Position numbers and translations under genes: made by a program. The notes under the pieces are model-generated. The model was not told where the DNA came from, ran no database searches, and saw only the letters and a list, made by a program, of their open reading frames with translations. From Candidatus Babelota bacterium (GTDB lineage: Bacteria; Babelota; Babeliae; Babelales; JABDEC01), in the NCBI GenBank assembly GCA_013287265.1, contig JABDEC010000004.1, forward strand, positions 1,403 to 65,402: DNA of 64,000 nucleotides. Reading direction: 5' to 3'. The number at the start of each line of letters is the position of its first letter. The first letter of the stretch is position 1. This document shows positions 62,674-64,000 of this stretch, in pieces.

Positions 62674-62708
62674 CTTTTGAAGTTTTTTGCCAATTGAATA
62701 AGTAATTT
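62665..62708 (-). repeat. 44-bp perfect inverted repeat, right copy (5' end of the TPR gene)
   Basis: TTCAAGCAACTTTTGAAGTTTTTTGCCAATTGAATAAGTAATTT is the exact reverse complement of 61277-61320. Confidence 0.95.
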
Positions 62709-62760
62709 TAAAATTATAGTTTTAGTTAATTATAAAATATTTTAAAAATGAGAAAAATAA

Positions 62761-64000
62761 ATGTTAAACAATATTTGGCAAGAATTTTTAAATATTGTTA
62801 ATCAGGAAGTTGGTAGCCGCGTCGTTGATACGTGGTTTAAAGCTGTTACTTTAGTTAAATGGGATTTTTTAAAAAAAACAATATATATTCAAGCGCCAAA
62901 CACTTTTGTGCGGGATTGGATAAAATCACATTATTTAAATTTATTTTCATTACATTTATCAAGATTATTTAATGTCACGGAAATAAATATAATTTTTTTA
63001 GATAATGATCAAAAACAAATCTTAAATTTTGAAAAGGAAAATATCTCTAGTACTGAACAACGTTTGCCTGAAAAAATTCCATTGCAAAATAAATTGCCAA
63101 TCAAAGGTGCTATAAGAGACCGGAGTCAAATAAATAGCAAATATCAATTTGAAACGTTTGTTGTCGGGCCAAATAATTCTTTGGCGTATGCAGCCGCATA
63201 TGCTGTAACTCAAAAACCTGGAATTTTGTATAATCCTTTATTTATTTATGGTGAGTCAGGCTTAGGTAAAACTCATTTATTACATGCCATTGGCAATGAA
63301 ATAAAACTAAAAAACAAGGATGCTGTAATTTTGTATCAAACTTCTGATCGTTTTGTTACCGAATTTATAAATGCAATACGCTTTGACAAAATTCATTTAT
63401 TTAAAGAAAAATATAAAGCAATTGATGTTTTGCTTGTCGATGACATACAATTTTTTTCAAATAAAGATCAGACTCAGGAGGCATTTTTTCATATTTTTAA
63501 TTCATTATATGATTCTCATAAACAAATAGTTTTTTCAAGTGATAATTACCCGAAACATATTGAAGGCATTGCCGAAAGATTACGATCCAGATTAGAATGG
63601 GGCCTTGTTACAGATATTCATGCACCAACACTGGAAACAAAAATTGCTATATTGAAAAAAAAGATTGAAGATAATTCAGAAAATATTTCAGATGAAGTGT
63701 TTCATTTTATTGCTTCAAAAGTTGATTCAAACATAAGAGAATTAGAAGGCTCATTAATACGTGTTTTAGCATTTTCAAATTTAACTAATCAGCCCATTTC
63801 TTTAGAAATTGCAAAGAAAGTTTTAGCGCACAATAATAATGAGCAAAAAAATAATAATATTATTACTTTTACAAATATTTCTAAAGCCGTTTGTAAAGTT
63901 TATTCTTACAATTTAACGGATTTGCAATCCAAAAATAAAAATAAGGAATTATCTTTAGCAAGACAAATTACAATGTATTTGATGAAAAAATTAACAGATA
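62761..64000 (+). CDS. dnaA: Chromosomal replication initiator DnaA; 3'-truncated by the window edge and absent from the ORF track
   Basis: MLNNIWQEF...DTWF, FETFVVGPNN, YNPLFIYGESGLGKTHLLHAIGN, LLVDDIQF, TQEAFFHIFN, RLRSRLEWG, NIRELEG, ARQITMYL. Confidence 0.97.
   Translation, partial: MLNNIWQEFLNIVNQEVGSRVVDTWFKAVTLVKWDFLKKTIYIQAPNTFVRDWIKSHYLNLFSLHLSRLFNVTEINIIFLDNDQKQILNFEKENISSTEQRLPEKIPLQNKLPIKGAIRDRSQINSKYQFETFVVGPNNSLAYAAAYAVTQKPGILYNPLFIYGESGLGKTHLLHAIGNEIKLKNKDAVILYQTSDRFVTEFINAIRFDKIHLFKEKYKAIDVLLVDDIQFFSNKDQTQEAFFHIFNSLYDSHKQIVFSSDNYPKHIEGIAERLRSRLEWGLVTDIHAPTLETKIAILKKKIEDNSENISDEVFHFIASKVDSNIRELEGSLIRVLAFSNLTNQPISLEIAKKVLAHNNNEQKNNNIITFTNISKAVCKVYSYNLTDLQSKNKNKELSLARQITMYLMKKLTD

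Noticed and set aside
62709-62760. oriC directly upstream of dnaA
   Set aside because: AT-rich but only about 50 bp long, with no TTATCCACA-type boxes.
63022-63213. 63-aa minus-strand ORF
   Set aside because: Antisense shadow within dnaA.

Overview
AT-rich bacterial chromosome segment read with the standard code. Gene content (many signal-peptide hypothetical proteins, ankyrins, alpha2-type glycyl-tRNA ligase) suggests an intracellular protist parasite, probably Dependentiae/Babelota (TM6); the taxonomy is inference. 1-25.7 kb is a surface-structure island: a Gly-X-Thr collagen-like protein with a BclA/C1q-like tip, three paralogous delta-60 beta-propeller proteins, a GT11-like glycosyltransferase, three tightly coupled ~1,600-aa collagen/beta-propeller proteins and a probable beta-barrel. 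25.7-64 kb is core genome (yicC, yebC, ruvB, rodA, uvrA, mutS, rplU, kup, glyQS, degP-like, tlyA, psd, pssA, amidase, partial dnaA, 4 tRNAs) interspersed with putative secreted effectors. Most notable: (1) the three long collagens have matched stalk length and an identical 40-residue interruption register, suggesting a heterotrimeric bacterial collagen fibre; (2) a perfect 44-bp inverted repeat links the amidase gene in frame to a headless TPR gene, a possible intragenic inversion switch or an assembly artefact; (3) four secreted proteins end in CaaX boxes, several with F-box-like motifs; (4) two unexplained structured intergenic elements and a REPIN-like repeat family.
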